Shown: piece by piece, positions 27,098 to 34,663 of the stretch
Layout: the number at the start of each line of letters is the position of its first letter
Numbering within the stretch: the stretch's first letter is position 1
Assembly (NCBI GenBank): GCA_964502775.1
Contig: CAZCYE010000003.1
Location: 1 to 43,178 of the forward strand
DNA: 43,178 nt
Direction of reading: 5' to 3'
Source: an uncultured Bifidobacteriaceae bacterium
Lineage (GTDB): Bacteria; Actinomycetota; Acidimicrobiia; IMCC26256; PALSA-555
Program-made: the position numbers and the translations under genes
Notes under the pieces: model-generated
What the model saw: the letters and a program-made list of their open reading frames with translations, nothing else
Told to the model about the DNA's origin: nothing
The model's database searches: none

Positions 27098-28269
27098 ACC
27101 GCCCGATGCGCTTCCTGGCAATCTTCGGCGTGGCGCTCGGCGCCGCAGCCGTCGCCGCGCTCGCGGATGCCCCCGCGCATGCGGTCGATCTGGTGGTGTT
27201 GGGCGGCGCGCTCGTGGCATCGGAGCAGCTGGAGCTGCGACCGACCGGCCGAGCGGCGCTCCCGTTGTCCTTCGCTTTGGTGGTGGTGCTGGTGCGGGCG
27301 GCTACTCCCGGCGAGTTCGTCGTGATCGTGGGTGTCGGCCTGGCCGTGGCAATGCTGCTCCGACCAGGCTCGTACAGTGAGCGAGGACTGCTGTGGTGCG
27401 AGCGCCTGGCCGAGGGGCTGGGTGCAGGCGCGGTGTACCGACTGATCGCCGAGTCGTTCGGTAGCCAGCACTCGGAGGCCAGGGTGCTGGCCGCGCTCGC
27501 CGGCGCCGCGGTCACCCAGATCGTGGTGGCGGACCTCGTGGTGCTCGCGCGGGAGCACCGGTTGGCTCCCGTCCGAGCCCGGGGCGCCGATCTCGCCCTG
27601 GTCACGAGCGGCATGTTGATGGCCGTGGGCTACGGGGGCATCGGTGGCAGTGGCCGCCTCGGGCTCTGGGGGCCCTTGCTGTTCTCGATCCCGCTGCTCG
27701 CGGCGTGGTACTCGTTCGAGTTGCTCGAGCGCACGCGCCGAAGCTTCCGCCAGACGGTGCGCGCGTTGGGCGTCGCACCAGAGCTCGGTGGATTGGTGCG
27801 GCCGGGACACGTCGAGCGCGTGGCTCAACTCGCCGTCGACATGGGTCAGCACGTCGGTCTGTCGTTCGTCCAGCTCACCGATCTCGAGACCGCGGCCTGG
27901 TTGCATCACCTCGGTGCGGTGTGCCTTGACGAGCCCGCCGAGGGAGAGCAGCACGACCCGCGGGAGGTCGCCCGAGCGGGAGCATCCATGCTCCGTGCCA
28001 GTGAGGCACTCGCAGCGGCAGGGGAGGTGGTTGCCGCCGAACCGCTGTTGCACCGGATGGCACCCGGGATCGGGCCGTCGTCGTCAGCTGCACTTGCCGG
28101 GCAGATCCTCAAGGTCGCAAGCGCGTACGACGAGCTGACCGAAGGCGATCACGCCCATGCCGCGTGGGCCGTGGAGGCGCTGTACACCGGCCCCGGCTAC
28201 GTCTACGACGGGCGCGTGCTGGGCGCACTCGAGCGCGCACTCACCGCGCGCGGTTGGCTCACTGACTGA
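27094..28269 (+). CDS. paralogous polytopic membrane protein with a degenerate HD-type domain (HD replaced by HH)
   Basis: GTG 27094 overlaps the upstream stop. It has the same N-terminal membrane architecture. PGHVERVAQLAVDMG is retained, but MHDIGK is replaced by LHHLGA and there is no GYP. Confidence 0.7.
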   Translation: MNRPMRFLAIFGVALGAAAVAALADAPAHAVDLVVLGGALVASEQLELRPTGRAALPLSFALVVVLVRAATPGEFVVIVGVGLAVAMLLRPGSYSERGLLWCERLAEGLGAGAVYRLIAESFGSQHSEARVLAALAGAAVTQIVVADLVVLAREHRLAPVRARGADLALVTSGMLMAVGYGGIGGSGRLGLWGPLLFSIPLLAAWYSFELLERTRRSFRQTVRALGVAPELGGLVRPGHVERVAQLAVDMGQHVGLSFVQLTDLETAAWLHHLGAVCLDEPAEGEQHDPREVARAGASMLRASEALAAAGEVVAAEPLLHRMAPGIGPSSSAALAGQILKVASAYDELTEGDHAHAAWAVEALYTGPGYVYDGRVLGALERALTARGWLTD

Positions 28270-28813
28270 CCGCGCGCCGACTCTTGGTGCGCCGGCTCTG
28301 GAAGTACGCGAGCTCGCACACGCCGACGCCCAGGACCAGGTCGCCGAACGAGATCAACATGTCGAAGGGCTCCGGTAGGAGGATCTTGTCGCCGAGGATG
28401 CCGAGCAGGTCCTCCTCGCTCGCCTGACGGTGCTTGACCGTCTGCTCCACCGGCTTGCGGATCCGGTTGCCCTGCGCGTCGTTGCCGATCGGCTTGGTGG
28501 GCATTCCCTGGTTGAGCCCGATCACCAGCGCGTTCATCGCGATTCCGATGGCGATGATCCCGAAGCCTCGTGCGAAGACGTTGGCCAGGCAGAAGGCGAG
28601 GATCAGGGCGTACGACGCCATCAGCGCGGCAAAGCCGATGGTCTCGATCTGATCTTTGGGGATGTCGACGTATTCGAGGGCGATCTGGATGCCAAAGCCG
28701 ACGAGGAGCATCCAAGGTGCCATCACCCGCACGCGAGCCAGTCGGGCGAAGCTTCCACGCGTCAGGATCACGACGAGAGCGGCCGCCGCGATCGTGAAGA
28801 CGAACAGCCACAC
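28259..28813 (-). CDS. DUF5317-family polytopic membrane protein (second copy)
   Basis: GTG start. The N-terminus WLFVFTIAAAALVVILTRGSFARLARVRV parallels that of the 3606..4190 product. Motifs are LNQGMPTKP, ILGDKIL and ISFGDLVLGVG. Its 3' end overlaps the convergent gene by 11 nt. Confidence 0.68.
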   Translation of the reverse strand: MWLFVFTIAAAALVVILTRGSFARLARVRVMAPWMLLVGFGIQIALEYVDIPKDQIETIGFAALMASYALILAFCLANVFARGFGIIAIGIAMNALVIGLNQGMPTKPIGNDAQGNRIRKPVEQTVKHRQASEEDLLGILGDKILLPEPFDMLISFGDLVLGVGVCELAYFQSRRTKSRRAVSQ

Positions 28814-29018
28814 GCCATGACGCTAGCGATCGGCGGCCTCGGCGGGATGGACTGATCGTCCTGCTCGGTCCGCGAGCTCCGGCCGAGACTCTTCGCGGCC
28901 GTCTTCGTGACGTGTTTCGTGGTGGCTATTTCTTCCCGATCCCCGTAGACAGGATCGAACCGCGTGGTTATGTTCGCCGGGCCGGGGATCCCGGGCGGGA
29001 AGTCGGAGAGGCGGGACC

Positions 29019-29735
29019 ATGGGGATGCCGAGCAGTACCCCGAATCATGACCGCGACGAGTTCGCGCTCTTGATTGCTCACTATCGAGACGATGCCTACC
29101 GGTTGGCTCGGCGCCTGGTGAGAAGCGACGCCGAGGCCGAGGATCTCACCCAGACCGCGGTGTTGAACACCTTGCGGCGCGCTGAGCACATTCAGAGCGC
29201 GGGTCACGTGAAGGCGTACCTGCTCACGACCGTTCGCAACCTCTGGCGGAACCACCTGCGCGCCCAGAGTCGCCGCCGGTTCGTGAGTTCGGACACGGTC
29301 GAGCAGTTCCCGTCGGGCGACATTGGACCGGAGGAGCAGGCACTCACTGCCCTCGATGCGGCGCTGGCGGGCATTGCGTTTCGATCTCTCTCGGACACCA
29401 GTCGCGAGGTGATTCGGCTCCGCTACCTCGAGGGCTTGGGGTTCTCGGAGCTTGCTGACCAACTCGGGATCTCGCCGGTCGCGGCCCGTCAGCGGGCCCA
29501 TCGCGCCCGCGAGGAGCTCGTGGGCGCATGCATCGATTTCGCCGCCCGGGAGGGAAGCGGTGCGTGTGCGTGGGTGCGCGAGCGCTTCGGGCGGTACTTC
29601 CGTGGCCGGCTGACCCAGCCGACTCGAGCCCGCGTCGAGGGGCACTTGACGCGCTGTGCAGAGTGTCGCAACGGATACGACGACCTTGTGGATCTCTACG
29701 GCCGCCGCTTCTCGCGACTCAAGGGTGAAGCGTGA
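29019..29735 (+). CDS. ECF sigma-70 factor with a C-terminally fused zinc-binding anti-sigma (ZAS, HxxxCxxC) segment
   Basis: Region 2 is DLTQTAVLNTLR..VKAYLLTTVRNLWRNHLR. Region 4 is REVIRLRYLEGLGFSELADQLGISPVAARQRAHRAREEL. The same frame then reads GACAWVRERF...VEGHLTRCAECRNGY. Confidence 0.85.
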   Translation: MGMPSSTPNHDRDEFALLIAHYRDDAYRLARRLVRSDAEAEDLTQTAVLNTLRRAEHIQSAGHVKAYLLTTVRNLWRNHLRAQSRRRFVSSDTVEQFPSGDIGPEEQALTALDAALAGIAFRSLSDTSREVIRLRYLEGLGFSELADQLGISPVAARQRAHRAREELVGACIDFAAREGSGACAWVRERFGRYFRGRLTQPTRARVEGHLTRCAECRNGYDDLVDLYGRRFSRLKGEA

Positions 29736-31279
29736 AGGATTGCACGCTCCCAGTTGGAGTCATTTCGGTGATGCCGACTCGGGCAGAGCCCCGCAAGCTC
29801 CGGATCACTTCACTGGTCCTGGCTGCCTTCCTGATCTTGGCCCCGGTGCTCATGGCACTCGCTGGAACGCCAGTGGAGCTCAATTGGACGGCAGGAGTCC
29901 TTCTGTTTCTCTCTTTCGTCGCTGCCCAGAAGGACGCCGTCTTCAGCGACGAGACAGCTATTAGCGAGAGCATCCTTGTTGCACACGCGGCCGTTGGCGT
30001 TGCGGTGGGAACTGGTCAGTTGCTTATCGCGTTCTCATGTGGATTGCTCGGCGGTGTGCACTTGTCACATATCCGCGAACGGTCCCTGACGAAGATCGTG
30101 ATCAATGCTGGTGCGATCGGCCTATCTGCATTGGCGGCTGGAGCGATCGCTTACGGATTGGGAGGTGCTAGTCCAAATAGCCTCCGTATGCTCTACTCGG
30201 GTGCTGTAGCGACATGTGTGTTCTGGGTTCTCAACAATTCGATTATTGGTTTCGCCATCTCTGCTGCGCAAGGTAGGGGTGCCCCGAGAACAATCGCAGG
30301 GCTCATCAGGTCAGAAGCAGAGATGCTCGTGTTCGCGTTCCTGGGCTTCCTGACCGGATACCTGTTCGTCGAGGTGGGGACCTGGGCCGGGACCATCGGT
30401 CTGGTCGCCCTCCTCGTGCTGGTCGATGTCGCGGTCATCCGTCGACCGCCTCACATTCCGAAGCGACGGTTCTTCGCGAGTGTGGCGCAGGTCGCGCTGG
30501 CGGGCGTGGTGGTCGTCGCTGCCATCGTGAGTGCGGTGGTCGAGACGTTCCCCGATCGGTGGGGCTTCGTGGCCTTGCTCGGTGCCATGGCGACCGCCGC
30601 GGTGGTGATGTCCCGCCTGCCGGTGGTGCCCGGCGCGCTGCCTTCGACGCTCGCGATCGTGTTGGCCGGTGCCGTGTTCGGCGCCGAAGCGCCGATCGCT
30701 GCTCCACTCACCGCTGGCGTGACGATGGGAATCGTCGCGTGTGTGCTCGGCCGGCGGCGGTCGATACTCGCCGCGAGCTCCGAGTTGGCCGCTGCCGGCT
30801 GCGGCGGGCTCGCTGCTGGGATCGTGTTCCTGGAGCTTCCGCTGCGGGAGACGAGTTCCCTCCCCACGTTCATTGGCGTCGTGCTCGCAGCGGGCGTGGC
30901 AGTCGTCGGCGCGCGCCACCTCTTCCTCGGCGCGATGTTGACGGCTCGTCTCGGGAGGGAGGCACGTCGCGTCGCACTCGAGTTGAGCGCCGCGGACATC
31001 CCGAGCATCGCGGTGACGGCCGTGGGTGGAGTCCTCGCCTGGTGGGCGGTTCGCGATGGCATCGAGGGGTCGCTCCTGGTGGTGCTCGCCGTCGCTGCGG
31101 TCGCGTTCGGGGTCTACCGACTCGGTCGTACCCGTTGGGACCCACGAACGGGCATCCTGATCGAGGACGACCCCGTGGATCCCGAAGAGCTGTTGACGGC
31201 ACTGCGGAGCACGGTGCTGGATTGTCGTCCGGTTCGAGTGCGTGAGCCGACGCTGGAGTTGCCGACTCGTACACAGTGA
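29732..31279 (+). CDS. large polytopic membrane protein with two copies of the shared sensor-like membrane module and no recognisable soluble output domain
   Basis: GTG 29732 overlaps the sigma stop (GTGA). Alternative starts are GTG 29768 and ATG 29771, after GGAG. There are 12 or more hydrophobic helices, and module signatures occur near AAQKDAVFSDETAISESIL and FLELPLRETSSLPTFIGVVL. Confidence 0.7.
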   Translation: MKDCTLPVGVISVMPTRAEPRKLRITSLVLAAFLILAPVLMALAGTPVELNWTAGVLLFLSFVAAQKDAVFSDETAISESILVAHAAVGVAVGTGQLLIAFSCGLLGGVHLSHIRERSLTKIVINAGAIGLSALAAGAIAYGLGGASPNSLRMLYSGAVATCVFWVLNNSIIGFAISAAQGRGAPRTIAGLIRSEAEMLVFAFLGFLTGYLFVEVGTWAGTIGLVALLVLVDVAVIRRPPHIPKRRFFASVAQVALAGVVVVAAIVSAVVETFPDRWGFVALLGAMATAAVVMSRLPVVPGALPSTLAIVLAGAVFGAEAPIAAPLTAGVTMGIVACVLGRRRSILAASSELAAAGCGGLAAGIVFLELPLRETSSLPTFIGVVLAAGVAVVGARHLFLGAMLTARLGREARRVALELSAADIPSIAVTAVGGVLAWWAVRDGIEGSLLVVLAVAAVAFGVYRLGRTRWDPRTGILIEDDPVDPEELLTALRSTVLDCRPVRVREPTLELPTRTQ

Positions 31280-31294
31280 GTACGCTCGGCGGCC

Positions 31295-31513
31295 GTGTTC
31301 GAGCTCCGTGCGATGGTGACGGCGAGCGTGCGCGAGATCATCGTCGATGAGGGTCAACTCGTCGCCGAAGGTGACGAGATCGCGATCCTGGAGGCGGCGA
31401 CCGGCGAGGTCGTGGTCGTCACCGAGATCCCCGGCGTCGTCCGAGAGCTGCATGTCGAACCGGGTGACATGGTCGATCCGGGCACCCTGATTGCCCTGAT
31501 CGACGAGGCGTGA
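31295..31513 (+). CDS. small biotinyl/lipoyl-domain (BCCP-like) protein lacking the modifiable lysine
   Basis: The 72-aa product is ASVREIIVDEGQLVAEGDEIAILEAATGEVVVVTEIPGVVRELHVEPGDMVDPGTLIALI. This follows the biotinyl-domain pattern, but EAMKME is replaced by EAATGE. Confidence 0.7.
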   Translation: MFELRAMVTASVREIIVDEGQLVAEGDEIAILEAATGEVVVVTEIPGVVRELHVEPGDMVDPGTLIALIDEA

Positions 31514-31523
31514 ACTCCTCCGC

Positions 31524-32447
31524 TCAGTAGTTCGCCGGCAGGATGCGTTCCAGGAAGAAGTAGAACAACGCCAGCGAGACCGCGAACGGGATCGCGCCGA
31601 GGATCCATGTTGTCCACCGCGGGTGCCGGTGGAAGCCGAGCCACCACAGCGCGCCGAGGAGTGCGGCGACCAGGCCCGAGTACAGGGTCGGCATCGTCGA
31701 ACCGCCCTTGCCCGAGAGATCACCCTCGTTGAACGAGGGATTCCCACCCCGACCGCCGGGGAGCGGCGTCTCGCCCTCCGGTAAGTGCGCTTTCACGACC
31801 AGGCGCTGCGCCGTCGAGAACTTGGGGTTGCAGGTCGTCAGTGTGAGGATCGCCTCGAAGCGCGTGTCTACGAGCACTTCGACGTCATCTGGGTTTACCA
31901 CCTGCTTGTCGAACACTTCATAGGTGTAGGTGCCGGTCACGGTGCGCACGATGATCTCGTCGCCGTTCTCGAGGAGGTCCAGATCACCGAACGGCGCCCC
32001 GTACGTCACCCGGTGACCGGCGATCGCGGCGTTGCCGGCCTGGCCCGGTAGCGGGGTCTCGGGGTAATGGCCGGGGCCCTTGCGCAAGTCGACGCGGCCG
32101 ACGCCTTCGACGACGATGGTGTCGAGCCCGAGACGCGGGATCCGCAGGACCGCGAGCGCCTCACTGTCAGGCGGCGGTTCCGGGATGGGCAGCGTCGTGG
32201 TCGTGGTCGATGGAGAGGAAGTCGGCGAAGGGGTCGTGGTGGTCATCGATCCGCGGGGAGTCGAGGTGGTCGTCGGCACCTCGATCGGGTCGGTAGTCCG
32301 GATGAGAGCCGAGAGGTCGTCTCGTAGCCGGTCCTGCTCACGCGAGGTGTAGAGCCCAGTACCCCACAGTTGATACGCGACGAAGAGCAGCGTGAGGATC
32401 CCGAGCGTGATCAATGTCCGCCCAATGGCCGCGACCACCCTCCGCAC
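31524..32447 (-). CDS. sortase (class E-like) with an extra C-terminal membrane segment pair
   Basis: Has an N-terminal TM anchor, the catalytic His in AIAGHRVTYGAPF and the active-site motif LTLTTCNP. The C-terminal ~60 aa contain two hydrophobic helices. Confidence 0.85.
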   Translation of the reverse strand: MRRVVAAIGRTLITLGILTLLFVAYQLWGTGLYTSREQDRLRDDLSALIRTTDPIEVPTTTSTPRGSMTTTTPSPTSSPSTTTTTLPIPEPPPDSEALAVLRIPRLGLDTIVVEGVGRVDLRKGPGHYPETPLPGQAGNAAIAGHRVTYGAPFGDLDLLENGDEIIVRTVTGTYTYEVFDKQVVNPDDVEVLVDTRFEAILTLTTCNPKFSTAQRLVVKAHLPEGETPLPGGRGGNPSFNEGDLSGKGGSTMPTLYSGLVAALLGALWWLGFHRHPRWTTWILGAIPFAVSLALFYFFLERILPANY

Positions 32448-32556
32448 AGCCTGATCCTATGGGCGGACGGCGGGTAGGTCGCGGCTCCGGGCGCCTGCAT
32501 TCGCTCGGCCGCGCGGGCGGTCCGTATGCTCTGCGCATCGCTTCCACGGAGGCGCT

Positions 32557-33234
32557 GTGCCGCCCGTAGTCCGTCTCCGTTCTGCCGTGTGCCTCATCGG
32601 TCGTTTTCCCGCACTCGCGGGCGTCGATCTCGACGTGAATGAGGGTGAGGTGCTGTTGATCTCGGGCGCGAACGGTGTGGGCAAGACCACCCTGCTCCGT
32701 CTCTTGGCGGGGCTCCTCCCTCTCCATTCGGGGACTGCCGAAGTGCTCGGTTCCGATCTGAGCCGCGATCGGCGCCGTCACCGTCGGGAGCTCTCGTTCA
32801 TGGGGCACGAGACCTTCTGTTACGACGACCTCACCGTGAGGGAAAATCTTCGTTTCGCGGAACGCGCCTCGGAGGCGCCGCCGGGAGCGGGGGACCGGGC
32901 GATCGACCAGGTTGGCCTCGACCGGCTTGCCGACGTCGTGTACCAGCGCCTCTCGGCCGGACAACAGCGACGCGTGGCGCTGGCCGTTGCCCTCTCGCGT
33001 GCGCCGCACCTTCTTCTCCTGGACGAGCCCCACGCCGGCTTGGATGCCCAGGGCCGCGACCGCCTTGATGCGGTGCTCTCAGCGGCGCCCGGGGCCGGGG
33101 TCACGATCCTCATCGCCTCGCACGAGCTCGAACGGGCGCGGCCCCTCGTGTCGCGCGAAGTGATGATGACCGCAGGGCAGGCCGCTGGTTCGTTGGCGGT
33201 CGCCGAGCCCGCGATCCCGGTGGCGCAGTCGTGA
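32557..33234 (+). CDS. ccmA: heme exporter ABC ATPase CcmA
   Basis: Walker A is GANGVGKTTLLRLL, the signature is LSAGQQRRVALA and Walker B is LLLLDEP. It is followed by ccmB and ccmC. Confidence 0.85.
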   Translation: MPPVVRLRSAVCLIGRFPALAGVDLDVNEGEVLLISGANGVGKTTLLRLLAGLLPLHSGTAEVLGSDLSRDRRRHRRELSFMGHETFCYDDLTVRENLRFAERASEAPPGAGDRAIDQVGLDRLADVVYQRLSAGQQRRVALAVALSRAPHLLLLDEPHAGLDAQGRDRLDAVLSAAPGAGVTILIASHELERARPLVSREVMMTAGQAAGSLAVAEPAIPVAQS

Positions 33235-33905
33235 CGCTCTGGCGTGAGGTCGCGCTCGTCGCCGGCAAGGATCTGCGAATCGAGGCGCGATCACGCGTCG
33301 TGCTCCAACAGATTCTTCCCTTCGGTCTCATCGTGTTGCTGCTCTTCGCGTTCGCGCTCGATCCCGATCGCGGGGTGTTGCAACGAGTCGCTCCGGGCCT
33401 CTTCTGGGTGACGGTCCTGCTGGCCGTGCTCTTGGCCGTGGGCCGCTCGTTCCAGCTCGAGACCGAGAACGGCGCTCGTGAGGGACTCCGGCTGTCCTCC
33501 ATGGATGGAAGTGCCCTCTTCCTCGGCAAGGCCGCCGCGGTCGCCGCGCAGCTGCTGGTGCTGGAAGCGCTGCTGACGGTCGGCGTGGTCGTGCTGTTCG
33601 AGGTCGAGCTCGCGTCGATCGGGCCGCTGGTGGCAAGTGCCGCGGCCGCGACTGTCGGTCTGGCTGCGGCCGGTACGGTCTACGGCGTCCTCGCGGTCGG
33701 GTTGAGAGTTCGGGAGACCCTCTTGCCGGTGTTGATCCTTCCGGTCACGGCACCGGTACTGCTCGGTGCGACCCGCGCGTGGGAGGCATCGTTCGACGGT
33801 ATGCCATCCGATGCCTGGCCCTGGGTCGGTCTCCTCGCCATCTTTGCCGTGCTGTTCACCGGGATCGGGATGCTCGCGTTCGGCCCCTTGTTGGAGGAAT
33901 CGTGA
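33231..33905 (+). CDS. ccmB: heme exporter membrane protein CcmB
   Basis: A six-helix membrane protein located between ccmA and ccmC, with GTGA overlaps on both sides. Confidence 0.8.
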   Translation: MTLWREVALVAGKDLRIEARSRVVLQQILPFGLIVLLLFAFALDPDRGVLQRVAPGLFWVTVLLAVLLAVGRSFQLETENGAREGLRLSSMDGSALFLGKAAAVAAQLLVLEALLTVGVVVLFEVELASIGPLVASAAAATVGLAAAGTVYGVLAVGLRVRETLLPVLILPVTAPVLLGATRAWEASFDGMPSDAWPWVGLLAIFAVLFTGIGMLAFGPLLEES

Positions 33906-34663
33906 GGCTCTTGAGCCCGCGAGCGGGGCGGCTGGTCAGTTGGTCGGCCGCGGCATCGCTGGTGGTGCTCGCCATCTTCGGGCTGTGGGTCGCGCCTCCC
34001 GACGCGGTGCAGAGCGATGCCCAACGCCTCATGTACTTGCACGTACCGGCAGCGTGGATCGCATACCTCGCCTTCGGCGTCACCGCGCTGTCGTCCGCGC
34101 TGTACCTCTGGCGGAGAACTCGCTCGCCGGTCTGGGACCGGTTGGCCGGCGCGTCCGCGGAGCTGGGAGTGGTGTTCACGGGGTTGACGCTGGTTCTTGG
34201 TTCGTTGTGGGGCCGCCCGATCTGGGGCGTGTGGTGGGCTTGGGATGCTCGCCTCGTGACGACTGCCGTCCTCTTCTTCTTGTACCTCGGCTATCTCGCG
34301 CTGCGCCGGGTTCCCGGTCTTCCGGAGGCCAATGCCAAGCGGTCGGCGATCGCCGCGCTCGTGGCGTTTGTCGACGTTCCCATCGTCCACTTCTCGGTGA
34401 CGTGGTGGCGCACGTTGCACCAAGACGCGACGGTGTTCAACCCCGAGCTCAAGGCCAACATCCACGGTGTCATGGCCTTCACCCTCTGGTGGGGCGTGCT
34501 CGCGTTCACGTTGGGCTACGTCGCCCTGATGGATCGGCGGTACCGGCTCGCGGTGCTGGAGGAGGGCCGCCAGGATCGTGAGCTGGCCCGTGCGATCGAG
34601 GAGCGCGTGCGGGGGGCGGGCACGACCGTGGCTCCCGAGCGGGTCGAGGTGGGAGCGCCCTGA
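33902..34663 (+). CDS. ccmC: heme exporter / heme lyase-family protein CcmC
   Basis: Trimmed to GTG 33902. Has the Trp-rich motif WGRPIWGVWWAWDARL and conserved His residues in flanking loops. Confidence 0.88.
   Translation: MRLLSPRAGRLVSWSAAASLVVLAIFGLWVAPPDAVQSDAQRLMYLHVPAAWIAYLAFGVTALSSALYLWRRTRSPVWDRLAGASAELGVVFTGLTLVLGSLWGRPIWGVWWAWDARLVTTAVLFFLYLGYLALRRVPGLPEANAKRSAIAALVAFVDVPIVHFSVTWWRTLHQDATVFNPELKANIHGVMAFTLWWGVLAFTLGYVALMDRRYRLAVLEEGRQDRELARAIEERVRGAGTTVAPERVEVGAP

Noticed and set aside
28860-29018. ECF/SigR-type autoregulatory promoter (GGAAT-N18-GTT) upstream of the sigma/ZAS gene
   Set aside because: I found only partial matches with wrong spacing (for example CGAACC...GTT). 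An 8-bp palindrome GGGATCCC at about 28985 is too short to interpret.
25300-31520. Genomic island or mobile element interpretation of the low-GC signalling region
   Set aside because: No integrase, transposase, tRNA, or direct or inverted terminal repeats are visible. The G+C dips cover only parts of two genes rather than a contiguous block.
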